Shown here: piece after piece, positions 13,445 to 26,954 of the stretch
Position numbering within the stretch: position 1 is the first letter of the stretch
How the letters are laid out: each line of letters begins with the position of its first letter
DNA from: Octopus vulgaris
Taxonomy: Eukaryota
DNA length: 64,000 bases
Direction of reading: 5' to 3'
Assembly: GCA_951406725.2 (NCBI GenBank)
Contig: OX597835.1
Span: forward strand, 4,154,001 to 4,218,000
The notes under the pieces: model-generated
What the model saw: only the letters and a program-made list of their open reading frames with translations
Told to the model about the DNA's origin: nothing
Database searches by the model: none
Position numbers and translations under genes: made by a program

Positions 13445-13988
13445 GTACCAGGAAGTGGCTCTCGTGGCTTCTGATCTTAACTGATTGGAAGAGTTATCAT
13501 GTACATTGTTTTGTCTTGGTATAAAAGATGAGCTACAGCAAATATTCTGCTCAATACCACAGATTTGCTTGTCAGTTGTTTGACCTTAACCAATTGAGCA
13601 TGTCCCTTAGTGGCTGATGATATGTGCATCTCTGACCATGAGCAGAAGTAGTGGGGGAGCATCATAGCCATGTGTTGAGAGGGATTCTTTGGAGTTTGAA
13701 TAATTCACCTCTCGAAACATGGGTGTTTCGTTCAATATTCTTAAACAATCCTTATTCAGGGCCCTTTTGAGCGGGATGGGCTACTCGACCAGGAAAAAAT
13801 TCTAACTGGGCCCCACTTGCAAGGTCATGCGCTGTTTATCTTGATATGAGATCACCATGTCGCACACATATGGTTGTGATGCATGTGCCTGGTGTACCCT
13901 AATCAGACGGGTAGTCATGATGGGTATACTGAGCTTCGTATATTTTACCCCAGTGTCACTTTGGTGGCATGCACTGCTCTCTCGCTCA
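13444..13988 (+). mobile_element. ~545-bp non-coding element embedded in an (AAT)n tract
   Basis: Complex sequence with sharp boundaries into (AAT)n on both sides, the same context as the R4/Dong insertions; no ORF homology seen. Strand assumed by analogy. Confidence 0.55.
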
Positions 13989-14027
13989 ATAATAATAATA
14001 ATAATAATAATGATGATGATGATGATG

Positions 14028-14110
<83 letters not shown>

Positions 14111-14134
14111 TGATAATAATATTAATAAAATACG

Positions 14135-14843
14135 GAGTTAATAGAAATACCTAATAAATATAAAATAGATGCAATAATAGAGCAGTTAAAACAGAGGATT
14201 ATGGCAAAAAGCCAGATGGTGAGAAGATTTGTGACCAGAAATAAGCGGTTCGAGAACAGATTTTTCAAATATTAACCCAAAGCAATTCTTCCGAACGTTA
14301 GAAGGAGACAATGGGCAAAATTTTGCTCCTGATGTAAATCAAGTCAAGGAGTTCTGGAGCGGATTATGGGGAAACAATGTGGTGCAAAAGAGTTCAAGGA
14401 GGAAAGAAACAAAGGAATATTGTCATAAGTACGAGTGATTTGAAAGAACAAGTGGGTAAAGTGTCTAACCGGAAAGCCCCCGGACCAGATGGGGCTGATG
14501 GCTTTTGGTTGAAGAGATGGCACGCGGTGCATGAAAAAGTAGTAGGCCAATTGAACGAGTGTGTCCAGAATGGTACAGACCCCGCGTGGATGGTGACTGG
14601 GAAGACAACACTTTTAACGAAAGATAGCAGAAAGGGGAATATTGTGGGAAACTACCGTCCCATAGCATGCCTAGACACACTCTGGAAGATACTCACTGGA
14701 ATATGAGCGGCAAAGGCATATGCTTTCCTGGCACAGGAAGAAATATTACCAAGGGAACAAAAAGGATGTAGGAAGTGTTCTCAGGGTACCAAGGATCACC
14801 TGGTCATCGATAAATGTCTATGGCTTGGATTAACTTTAAGAAG
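14135..14843 (+). pseudogene. R4/Dong LINE RT N-terminal fragment
   Basis: VSNRKAPGPDGADGFWLK...WMVTGKTTLLTKD...NYRPIACLDTLWKILTGI, then LPREQKGCRKCSQGTKDHLVIDK..MAWINFKK; follows (AAT)n. Confidence 0.88.
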
Positions 14844-14888
14844 TACTTATTCTATCTGCCGATCAGTGGTCAAGAGATGGCGGGGAAA

Positions 14889-14927
<39 letters not shown>

Positions 14928-15088
14928 GACGAGCTTGTTTCAGTTTCCGTTTACCAAATCCACTCACAAGGCTTTAGTCGGCCAGAGACTGTTGTGGAAG
15001 ACACTTACCCAAGGGCCCACGCAGTGGGACTTAACCGGGAACCATGTGGTTTGGAAGCAAGCTTCCTACCATACAGCCACGTCTTCGC

Positions 15089-15090
<2 letters not shown>
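14844..15090 (-). mobile_element. SINE B (internally deleted)
   Basis: TTTCAGTTTCCGTTTACCAAATCCACTCACAAGGCTTT...ACCATACAGCCAC. Confidence 0.8.
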
Positions 15091-15165
<75 letters not shown>

Positions 15166-15325
15166 TGTGTGTGTGTGTTTATATGCTCGTATGAATATAC
15201 GATAATGTGAATAAAACAAACTTTTAATGCAGTTTTTAAAATGTTTGCAACATTGAGAAGGGAATTCCCTGATATTTGAGAACGAGTTCTAAATTGGAGA
15301 AAGACAAAGATTTCACGTGTGTGCG

Positions 15326-15373
<48 letters not shown>

Positions 15374-15917
15374 TGTGGTGTGTGTGTGTGTGTACGCGCA
15401 CGCGCCTGAGCCTGTGCGTGGTAGGGGTAGATGTATTTATATTTGGGTGGGTGGGTCAGTGGATGATAGGTGTATGTGGGGTAAGTGAATGCATGTGTAT
15501 ATGTGTATATGTGTGTGTATGCATGTTTGTTGAGTGTATTCATGTATGTGTGTGTGTGTGAATGTGTGTGCATGAAAATAGTTCGTGCGTTATGTAAGGT
15601 AAGGAAGTAGAAGGGGAGAAAGAGAGAGAGAGAGAGAGAGAGAGGAAGAGGAATAAGGAGAAGCGGGAGGAAGTGGGGGTGTGGTGTAAAGGAAATTCCT
15701 CTCTGCGATGGCATTACGCAACCACCACCACCACCACCACCACCACCACCACCACCACCACCACCACCACCACCACCACTACCACTACCAACACCACCAG
15801 CGACAGCAACATCCTTTCGCTTTTCTGATAAAAAATAATTTCGCTGACGCAAACTACTTGCGAAATTCATTGGATTCAGTTCCTTTTTTCAGCGTATTTT
15901 GTACGGGTAATTTGTAG

Positions 15918-15980
<63 letters not shown>

Positions 15981-16271
15981 CTCTCTCTCTCTCTCTCTCT
16001 CTCGCTCGTAATATAAATACATAGGCATGTATGTGTGTGTGTGTATGCATGTATCTTTTATCTTTTCTTTCAATCATCAGATCGCGGCCATACTGGAGCT
16101 TCGCCTTTAAGAATTGTTTTTTTAGTCGAATGAATCGGGTCCAGTGATTTTCTTTTTACTTCTTTGAAACCCAGGAACTTACTCTACCGATATCTATTGC
16201 CGAACCGCTAATGTACGGAGACGTAAACACTCCAACACCGGTTGTCAAGCGGTGGTGGGGAGAAACACTCA

Positions 16272-16338
<67 letters not shown>

Positions 16339-16453
16339 CACACACATAAGTACTTTCTTTGTTATTAAATATAATAATATAAAATATTTACATGTTTTTA
16401 AGTTACGAAACAATTTATTGTTATATAAAGTTTCATCTATTTCTGGCATTTAT

Positions 16454-16516
<63 letters not shown>

Positions 16517-16570
16517 TATATATATATATACATACATATATATACATATATATAAATATGCATATATATA

Positions 16571-16661
<91 letters not shown>

Positions 16662-17187
16662 CAGTGTTATTTCTAGCAGGTTGAGCGACCCCATAGAGGT
16701 TATTCCGATAAGGTATCACCTAAATACCTTATATAACGAAATACCTGAGTGTTTATTTATATGGGGGTTGTTTTTGTTTGGTGTTGTAATATTCGTTGAA
16801 GAATGTCGATTAAAGATAATCGTTATGCAATGCAGCCTACACCCCCCCCTCAGCACAGACTCGTAGACACACATACTTATCAGTAAAAAAATATTGGTGA
16901 GGCATGTACTTTAAATCTTTGCATAGAATGAGGCACGAACGGTGGCTGACTGCCAGGAAATATTACAAGTTATATAAGAGAAGAGGATGTAGATAGTTGG
17001 TCTGACGTGGAGAAAAGTATGATTCCAGTCAGACAATTGGCAGGCATACGTACGCATGCATAGAAACGTATATAAACATATAGGCAAGCTGTGAACTCAA
17101 GCCTACATGCACATACACACACACATGCATACACACGCACGTGTATATATATATATATATATATATATACGTGTGTGTATACCAACA

Positions 17188-17256
<69 letters not shown>

Positions 17257-17263
17257 AATAATG

Positions 17264-17309
<46 letters not shown>

Positions 17310-17341
17310 TGATGATGATTATAATAATAATAATGATGATG

Positions 17342-17392
<51 letters not shown>

Positions 17393-17407
17393 GTAATAAT
17401 AATAATA

Positions 17408-17448
<41 letters not shown>

Positions 17449-17473
17449 TAAAAATAATAATAATAATAATGAC

Positions 17474-17563
<90 letters not shown>

Positions 17564-17589
17564 AAGAAGAAGAAGAAGAAGAATAAGAA

Positions 17590-17620
<31 letters not shown>

Positions 17621-17672
17621 AAGAAGAAGAAGAAGAAGAAGAAGAAAAGAAGAATAAGAAGAAATAATAATA
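17188..17672 (+). repeat. ~480-bp (AAT)n to (AAG)n compound microsatellite
   Basis: Directly visible; forms the 5' flank of the LINE. Confidence 0.97.
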
Positions 17673-18120
17673 AGAAAACAAACAGTTCAACTCCAACTCC
17701 AAAAAGTTCTACCCAGAACTTGGCAAGAATAAAATAGACATCACTGCCGCACCAACGGCAGAAGAAGTGGAAGAATTCTGGAAAGGAATATGGTCGGCGA
17801 ATGAACAACAAAAAAAAAAGGAGTATTAAAACAACAAACATAGCATCTGAGCAACTTTGGACCCCCATAACAACTGAAGAGGTCACCCAGGTACTGCAAA
17901 GACTAAGCAACTGGAAGGCATCTGGGCATGACAAGATCCCCAACTTCTGGTTGAAATATCTACCAGGAATGCACAAAAAGCTGGCTGAAAGCTTTAACAA
18001 CATACTGGCAGAGCCAGAGACAATGCCTGAATGGCTCACGAAGGGGAAAACCATCTTAATTCCCAAATCCAATGAGAAAGCAAAACCAGAAAACTACGAC
18101 CTATAACCTGTCTCCGTACA

Positions 18121-18924
18121 ATGTACAAAGCATTTACTGCAGTAATATCACAAAGATTAAACAAGCACCTGGACGAAAACAACCTGTTTCCAGAAGAGCA
18201 GAAAGGATGCCGCAAAGGCTCATACGGCTGTAAAGATCAACTAATGATCAATAAAGCCATAACTGAAGACAGCCACAGAAAGAAGAAAGGCCTCAGTATG
18301 GTCTGGATCGACTACAGAAAGGCGTTTGATAGCATCCCCCACACATGGATCCTCGAAACACTAGCCATTAACAAAGTAGCACCAACAATTATAAAATACA
18401 TAGGACACTCTATGAATAAATGGCAAACAGTGCTACAGCTCCAAACAAAAGAGGGACTCATGAAAACCAAAGCCATCCCCTTTAGAAGAGGAATATTCCA
18501 GGGAGACACGCTCTCTCCACTCCTTTTCTGCTTGGCACTGTCACCTCTATCTGATATGCTAAATAGAACTGGATGCGGATATAAATGTTACGGCAAAACG
18601 ATCAGCCACCTTTTATATATGGATGACCTAAAACTATACGCTGCAAATGACAAACAGCTGGAAACACTATTAAAGACAGTTCATGGATTCACCAAAGAAA
18701 TAGATATGAAATTTGGATTAGAGAAATGGGCCAAAGTAACCCTGAAAAGAGGAAAACTAGTTAAGAGTAGCAACATCACACTAGATAAAACCAATGAAAT
18801 AAAAGAATTAGACCAAAGCCAAACTTACAAATACTTAGGAATCCATGAACTAGATAAGACACAACACACACAAATGAAAGAGAAAATAAAAAAGAATATT
18901 ATAGACGAGTTAGATCAATACTAA
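18121..18924 (+). pseudogene. Reverse transcriptase core of the R4/Dong LINE (frameshifted at both ends)
   Basis: YMDD catalytic motif and QGDTLSP; frame breaks near 18098 and 18895. Confidence 0.93.
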
Positions 18925-19483
18925 AAACAGAGCTCAATGCTAAAAACAAGATTAAAGGTATTAACACTTTAGCTGTCCCAGTTATAAGTTACAGCTACAA
19001 TATCCTTAACTGGACACTAAATGAACTGACCAAAATAGATAGGAAAACAAGAAAAATAATGACAGGATCTAGGATGCATCACCCAAAATCTGACATAGAA
19101 AGACTATATATACAACGTATAGAAGGTGGTAGAGGCCTTATACAGCTGGAAAACTACTATAAAATAACCACCATAGGACTGCAAAAATATCTACTTCAGA
19201 AGGAAGGAAAACTGATACAAATAGCGGCAAAACACGAGCAAAACAAAAAACTGTTCTCAGTATTTAAGGAAGCTGACAAATACAAACAAGAAATCATACC
19301 ACCTAACAAATATGAAGAAGAAGAAGATGAAGAAACAACAAAAGCTATAAAACAAATGAAATCGAAACTAAAACTAGAACAGCAACGAACCATGATAAAA
19401 CGATGGCAAGAAAAGCTCCTTCATGGCAAATACTGGACTAAAATAATGCAAAAGAAATAGACAAAGAAAAATCCCAGCAATGG

Positions 19484-20074
19484 TTGAGAAGCTCAGGACT
19501 CAAAGCAGAGACAGAGGGATTTTTAATTGCAGCACAAGACCAAAGCCTCCCCACCAGAAATTACCAAAAACATGTAATGAAAAGAAATATAACAAGTAAC
19601 TGCAGAATATGTGGAGATGGACAAGAAACAATAAATCATATTATCTCTAGCTGCCCAGTCCTGGCTAAGAAGGAATATATTCACAGACACGACAGAGTTG
19701 GGACCTACATACACTGGAAGCTATGCCAACATTATGGAATAACAACAGAAAAAAGATGGTATAGGCGCACACCAGAAAGAGTCACAGAAAACGAGAAACC
19801 AACCATACTCTGGGATATGCCGATACTCACAGATAGAGAAATTAAGGCCAACAGACCAGATATAGTTGTCAGAGATCATGAAGAAAAAAAATGCTTTCTA
19901 ATTGATGTATCAATACCAGCAGATGACAACGTGTCTCTAAAAGAAATGGAGAAACTCTCAAAATACAAAGACCTGGAAATAGAGGTAACCAGAATGTGGA
20001 ATCTAAAAACAGAAACAATTCCTATCATAGTAGGTGCATTAGGCATGATAAAAAATATTCAGACAAATACATAA
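19484..20074 (+). pseudogene. Zinc knuckle plus restriction-like endonuclease of the R4/Dong LINE
   Basis: AAQDQSLPTRNY, CxxC..H....C, RHD, PD..D motif; frameshift near 20055. Confidence 0.92.
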
Positions 20075-20263
20075 CAAAAACACCAGGACTTACAAACACA
20101 TATAACATACAGAAAATTGCTCTACTAGGCACTGCACACATCCTACGCAGAACGCTTTCAATATAGTAACCATCAGAGCATCACAACAAATCACAGCACA
20201 TACCCAAGGCACACAGAGCTGCGCTCGGTAGTGAAGTGAAAGTACGCTATAAAAATAAAACTA

Positions 20264-20495
<232 letters not shown>

Positions 20496-21136
20496 TAGAA
20501 GATATTTTATAAAACACGGATTGACTTTGTTTCATATCCTCGGAGGGATTTGAACTCAGAACCTTAATGTCACAATGTCTATTGTTCAATTGATTCTTTT
20601 CGTGAGAGATTTTCTATGCTGTTGGTCTTCTTTAAAGAAATAACCCTCGAACCATTGGTGTCCTAGATCAAAACTGACCCGGGGCTCATCAACAACAGAT
20701 CACATTGCATCGACCTTTATAGAAGGAGAAACATGGTTAAGGAAGTATTGGATACAATGTGTCTGAATGGATGGTCATGGCTAGAAGGTCTTCGATGGTA
20801 GGTCAATTGTAACAACAACAACAACGAAAGCGACGACAACAATACTAACCACACGGAAAAGATTAAAAGAAAACTGGTCAGATTTAGGCAGGAAAATGTC
20901 GAAACGGTGAGAAACGGGATTTAAAAATATATTTTAAATTATTCTAAGAATAGAAAAAGAAAGAAGTGGAACAGAGTCTGTGAGAGAGTTAAGGTTGAAA
21001 GAAAGTGAAACGTTAGATCTCGTTTAACTGGTTTTGGTTTCATGTTTATCTTTTTCGTTTATCTTCAATAATCCTACACCGAAGTCCTTGAGAAGTCTAT
21101 GCGAGTGTGTGTGTGTGTGGATCTGTAAATGTGTGG

Positions 21137-21177
<41 letters not shown>

Positions 21178-21289
21178 GACTTGTTGTCACTAACTCTCAG
21201 AGAAAAATCGTGACGTGGTCAACGTGTAACTTGGGAATTGTAAAATCAACAACGAAAACTAACAGCAATTCTGCCACCTCACCGCTTTG

Positions 21290-21353
<64 letters not shown>

Positions 21354-21570
21354 TCCTATCTACTAAAGGCATAATGCCTGAGATTGGGGGGGGGGGCGGA
21401 GATTAGTCGATTACATCGATCCCGGTGTTCACTGGTACTTAATTCTTCGATCCTCAAAGGATGAGACCCAAAGTCGCCCGCAGCAGAATTTGAACTCAGA
21501 ACGTGAAGACGGATAGAATACCGCTGAGCGCTTCGCCTGGCGTGCTAGCGATTCCGCCAGCTCACCTCCC
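21354..21570 (-). mobile_element. SINE A variant with a different 3' tail
   Basis: Family A head and core, but the tail (plus strand CCTATCTACTAAAGGCATAATGCCTGAG) abuts (AAT)n. Confidence 0.8.
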
Positions 21571-21601
21571 AATAACAACAACAATAATAATAATGATGAT
21601 A

Positions 21602-22193
21602 AGCACAAGATCAAAGCTTGCTCGCTAGAAATTACCAGGCTAACGCCCTCCAGAGCGGTACTGACCCTAAATGCGGATTCTGGGATGCATTGTCCTGTGC
21701 TGACATCAAACGCCACGGCAGGGTAGGACAGTATTTACACTGGAAAATATGTAAACACTACAAAATCGGTACCCCTGTTTACTGGTTGGAACATCGTCGT
21801 GAGCCAGTTGTTGAAAGTAAAAATGTCACTATCCTCTAGGATTTTCTAGTCAACACTGATAGAACGATCCAGGCTAATCGACCAGACATAATTATTAAAG
21901 ACAGGGAAGAAAATACTTGTAGATTAATAGATGTAAGTGTTCTCACAGTTAAAAATATATCTGTAAAGGAATTTGACAAATGAAGTAAATATAAGGACCT
22001 GCAAATTGAAATACAAAAGATGTGGCATCTTAAAATGAGAACTGTTCCTGTTATTGTAGGTGCCCTAGGTATGATAAAAATGGGATGTCAGAAACATCTA
22101 GATAATATCCCAGGAGAACCATGTCTCAGAGAAATCCAAAAGATTGTGCTGACAAGTACTGCCCACATCCTTAGAAAAATCCTATCAATTTAA
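21602..22193 (+). pseudogene. R4/Dong LINE 3' fragment (RLE domain)
   Basis: AQDQSLLARNYQ..RHGRVGQYLHWKIC..NRPDIIIKD..IDVSV..KYKDLQIEIQKMWHLK..TAHILRKILSI*; in-frame stops present. Confidence 0.9.
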
Positions 22194-22367
22194 ATGTTTG
22201 TGCTGCTGATGAAACAACTCACAATATAAAAACTAATACAACAGAAGACTGAAACCAAACCCCATAACAAAACGTACCGATACAGTACAATATCTCCCCC
22301 CCGCCAAACAAAACTGTAGCACACACCACCCCGCCAACCGTACTCCTTGTTGATTCCAACTTATTCA

Positions 22368-22444
<77 letters not shown>

Positions 22445-22447
<3 letters not shown>

Positions 22448-22590
22448 ACAAAAATGGGACAAGAACGCAAAACATCCAGACAGTTAGGTAATACAAAAAA
22501 GGGACCACAAAACATCCAGACAGACGATACAAAAAAACAAGGACGGGTCATTCGGAGTTTTCTATCATCAGTCGAGTTCCAGGTTATCTT
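22445..22590 (-). mobile_element. Possible Penelope-like terminal fragment
   Basis: Minus strand CTGATGA-TAGAAAACT-CCGAAT..GTC is a degenerate hammerhead-like core; internal ~40-bp repeats; ends in (CA)n. Confidence 0.35.
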
Positions 22591-23299
22591 AACAGTATCA
22601 ATGATATTTCAATATGCTCATTCCTCCAGCTGTTTCAATAATCCTTACATTACATATGAGAGGATGACAGAACTATCTGGTCAGGGAACAGTTTCTGTAC
22701 AGAAATATGAAGAATATAATTTCGGTTTTTTTATATAACGGAAGGAAAAGAATGTTTATTCTATATCGTAGTTAAATTAAAATGTATTCTTATTTCTGTT
22801 TAGAAGCTGATCGAAGGTAACCATGACTATCTTTCGGCTCCATACTATGCCAGACTCTAGATGTATCCTTCTCTGGGATTAACGAACCAAGCATCCCACT
22901 TCACATTTTTAGAGCTTCACTCATTTCCATGCTGGTGAGTTAACACAAGCTGAAGGGAAGAAGATGTTACTCGCCAAACTAAAATAATTGTGAGAAGACG
23001 GTGTCACATCTCAGCTGGAATATCTTTGACTGAAAAACTATTATTATTTTGTGGTTTACGTTGACCAAAATTAACAGCGGTTATCTGATCTAAGTTGTGT
23101 AGTTTCGTGTTCGTGAATTTGTTTATAATAGGTTTTGTAATATAATCTCGTTGTTAGACAGTGGTTAAGTAGGGTAACATGATATTTTCTAGTTTATGAG
23201 TTTTTGTGGGAGAGGAGCGCGGAGATGATGTGTTTATCAATTTTATTATTACAAAGACGTATTTATTTCATGTGTGTGTGTGTAGTTTATTTGTTTTGC

Positions 23300-23575
23300 T
23301 GGGATGAAGAGGATGACTCAGTGGTTAGAGTGCTGGGCTCACCATGGCAAGATTGTGAGTTCGGTTCCTAGCGAGGCGTCATTCCTTACGCAAATCACTT
23401 TATTTCCCTTTGCCTCAGTCCTCTTCACTGGCATGTAATTCAAAGGGCCAGCCTCGTCATATTCTGTGGCGTGTCTGTGGAGTGCTCAACACGTTAATTT
23501 TATGAGGAGCAGGCTGTTCTGTTGACTGGGTTAACTGGAACCCTGGTCGTCGTAACCGACGGAGTGCTCGTTTAT
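23300..23575 (+). mobile_element. Degenerate SINE D-like head with tail T2
   Basis: CTCAGTGGTTAGAGTG head; tail TCAAAGGGCCAGCCT...GGAACCCTGGTCGTCGTAACCGACGGAGTGC. Confidence 0.7.
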
Positions 23576-23942
23576 TTGTTTTACTGTCTGCTGTAGCTGT
23601 TGTATCTGTGAGTGTTATTCCACAAAATGGACTGCTAATATGTTCCAGTGTGGAAATCTGACCAAAGTCTTTTGATGGAAAGGCTGCTGCTGTTAGAAGT
23701 GAGGTACTCTACAGTAATGGTGGTATTAACCCCTCAAAGAACCATTTCATCCAAGGTGAACCTCAAAGTTGTCGTTAGATCTGCAAGAATTAGCAGCCAA
23801 CACACACACAACGCACTCATTCTATTATTCTGCCAGTCTGAATGTTAAAGTCCCACAATATCTTATATTTCTTACTTTCTAGTATTTTACTAGGTTCATG
23901 TTCATACCATTTATCAGTAAGTTCAAATCCTAGCTTTCTATA

Positions 23943-23979
<37 letters not shown>

Positions 23980-24365
23980 CATTATTGGTATGGGCTCTTA
24001 GGAGCATAGTTCGATTTGTTTTTGCTCCGCCTCTGTTCTGTTTTTGTTTTTCCAACGGATTTCCTATTTTCTTCCTGAAGAGAAAGACACAATATGGTCC
24101 CATTATTCCATCGGATTTTGGTAATTTGTGCCTTTCGAAACACGTGTAGAATGAAATAAAACGATTTCTGTTCAATCCGCGTTCAGCTCCATTTCTTCAA
24201 TTCACCAATAATGTTCTAATTTCAATTATCCGCACCAACGCACGGTTGCAACACCATATGGTTGTACCTCCAACCGAGCTGTTTTACTGCTGTGATTTTT
24301 GCTACTAAGGTATCGGTTAAACTTTTGATTAATCTACTACAAGATTATTCATCTTTCTATTTCAC

Positions 24366-24439
<74 letters not shown>

Positions 24440-25349
24440 TGTGCAGAGAAATACACACGCACAGAGATTGGGATATTGATAGTGTTTCTGTCATTCTGTC
24501 TTATGTATGTGTGCATATCTATATTTATCTGTTTATCTTTCAACACAGACACACACAGACACACACACAGACACACACGCCTGCGCGTGCACACGCAGGG
24601 CGTGCTTTTGCTCAGTGACCGTCTTCCAAATTTTCTCATACGATATTGTTGACACCAAGGCTATCGACAGAAGACACTTAACCAAAGTGCTGCGAAGAAA
24701 AAGGAACGAAAGCGAGAACTGAGTCGACGTGAAGGGCATTTCTTCACCTCACCTCTATACTTGCATCTGTTCAGTCTACTCATAGAATACAAAATTTCTG
24801 CTTCAAAGCTAGAAAATACTTCAGCTATTGCTGACCATTTAAAAAGTAACAGACATATTTTAACATCAGACACAGTTTTTCTTTCGGTTATTTAGTGAGC
24901 ATCACGGGCCATTGCCAGTTACCTTTTATAGGGCTTCCATAAAGGTGTAGGGAGAGAGGTCCTGTTTGGCCGTTCGACCTGCATGGAATGACAATAAAAT
25001 CACTCCCAAACACACTCTGTTGTCTTAATTAATCAAAGATACGTTAGACCCATATAGCTTTATAAAGATGGGATTGTCATGACCGGAATGCCTGTATCAT
25101 CTCGTTTGTGATTAAGCAACAACGACAACAGAAGCGGCTACAACAGACCAGTTTCGATTTCGTGATCCAGTTTCGATATCCCATAACTTCATTACACAAG
25201 AACCTTAAAAGAAAAAAAAGCCATTAGCTATCTTGTAACTGATTCTTTTCTTCCCAGAAATCTGAGACATTGTTCTCTGTTGGGATGAACCTAACAGCTC
25301 AGTGGGTTAAAAGGATAAACTTTTATATTTAGCAATTATACTATCTACT

Positions 25350-25631
25350 GTGGAGGCGCAATGGCCCAGTGGTTAGGGCAGTGGACTCGCAGTCGGAGGA
25401 TCGTTGTGTGTGTTTATTGAGCGAAAACACCTAAAAGCTCCACGAGGCTCCGGTAGGGGATGGTGGCGACCCCTGTTGTACTCTTTCGCCCCAACTTTCT
25501 CTTACTCTCTCTTCCTGTTTCTTGAGTAACGCTGCGATGGACTGGCGTCCCGTCCAGCTAGGGGGGAACATATAACCCACAGAAACCGGGCCCATGATCC
25601 TGGCTAGGCTTGAATAGGGCGACGTTTATCG
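25350..25631 (+). mobile_element. tRNA-derived SINE family C with tail T1, 14-bp TSD
   Basis: GGAGGCGCAATGGCCCAGTGGTTAGGGCAG (A box); TTATACTATCTACT at 25336-25349 and 25632-25645. Confidence 0.9.
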
Positions 25632-25654
25632 TTATACTATCTACTAGTGTGATT

Positions 25655-25972
25655 GGCACACCGTCGGTTATGTCGACGAGGGTCCCAGTTGATCCGATCA
25701 ACAGAACAGCTTTCTCGTGAAATTAACGTGCAAGTGGCTGAGTACTCCACAGACATGCGAACCCTTAACTTAGTTCTCAGGGAGATTCAGCATGACACAG
25801 AATGTGACAAGGCCTACCCTTTGAAATACAGCTACTGCTCATTTTTGCCAGCTGATTGGACTGGAGTAACGTGAAATAAAGTGTCTTGCTCAAGGACACA
25901 ACGCGTCTCCGGGAATTGAACTCACGACCTTACGATCATGAGCAGAATACCCTAACCACTAAGCCACGCTCC
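25655..25972 (-). mobile_element. SINE D with tail T2
   Basis: CCCTAACCACTAAGCCACG head on the minus strand; tail matches 46146-46330. Confidence 0.85.
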
Positions 25973-26718
25973 ATCTCATCTCCTACAAGTGTTATACCCA
26001 TCGAAACTGGGGGTTATATTTCGGTTTCTTTTCAGTAATTCTTAATTTTTCCGATTCCAAGCCCTGCTCCATTTCCTTCCTGTGTTTCATCTTGTTTTTA
26101 TTCTGTTTTTCCTTTTTTTCCTTGGTCCTTTCTTCCATTTCCCCAGTTTTTTTGTGAACCCACCACCTAACTTTTATTAACCTCTCTCTGACCTTTTCTT
26201 CTGCTTCTGCTCTTTAATTCCCAATATTTCTTATTCTCTTACATCATCTTTTAGCCTTCCTCATATTTCGTCGTCCGCTTACCTGATTGCCTGTCTCACT
26301 TCTTTCTCACTACTCTGTCTGTCTGTCTGTCTCTTTCCTTCTCTCTCTCTCTCTCTCTCTCTCTAAATTTCTCACCTATCCATTCGTCTAATACATTTCT
26401 CTTTATAATTCTTTCTTTTTGTTTCTGTCTCTTTCAGTACACTCATTGCTTTTTCTTATCGGGTAACACAAAGCGGGACACGTGACTTAACTTTTAGCAA
26501 CTATATTTAGCAACTTCACACTGCATTTAAAAATACTGCAGTTTTTATATTCTACACGTATAATACTGAGACTTGTGTGAAAAATAAGCAATAAACATCT
26601 ATCCAAATGGCGGCCCTTCAAGTCATATTCTTTACAAGTGGTGCTTCAATATTTACAACTCACAGATTTTTCATTAATTTTTCTCCAATACTTAAAATTT
26701 TTCCCTTAACCTTTCTTC

Positions 26719-26954
26719 TACCTATTTCTTTATTACCCACAAGGGGCTAAACATAGAGGGGACGAACAAGGACAGACAAAGGTATTAAGTCGATTACAAC
26801 GACCCCAGTGCGTAACTGGTACTTCATTTATCGACCCGAAAGGATGAAAGGCAAAGTCGACCTCGGCCGAATTTGAACTCACAACGTAACGATAGACGAA
26901 ATACCGTTCAGCATTTCGCCCGGCGTGCTAACGTTTCTGCCAGCTCGCCGCCTT
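26719..26954 (-). mobile_element. SINE A monomer with TSD
   Basis: Full head and body; CCTTTCTTCTACC at 26710-26722 and 26951-26963. Confidence 0.9.

Larger units (their letters stand above)
17673..20266 (+). mobile_element. 5'-truncated R4/Dong-clade non-LTR retrotransposon in an (AAT)n target
   Basis: Single degenerate frame: ENKQFNSN..EEFWKGIW, RT (QKGCRKG, WIDYRKAFDSIPH, GIFQGDTLSP, LYMDDLKLY), CCHC (CRIC..ETINHIISSC), RHD, RLE (RPDIVV..IDVS..EKLSKY); ~100-bp 3' UTR ending in (AAT)n. Confidence 0.95.

Noticed and set aside
17673-20266. Active LINE
   Set aside because: It is 5'-truncated with about five frame disruptions; some lie in A-runs and could be sequencing errors, but the N-terminus is missing regardless.
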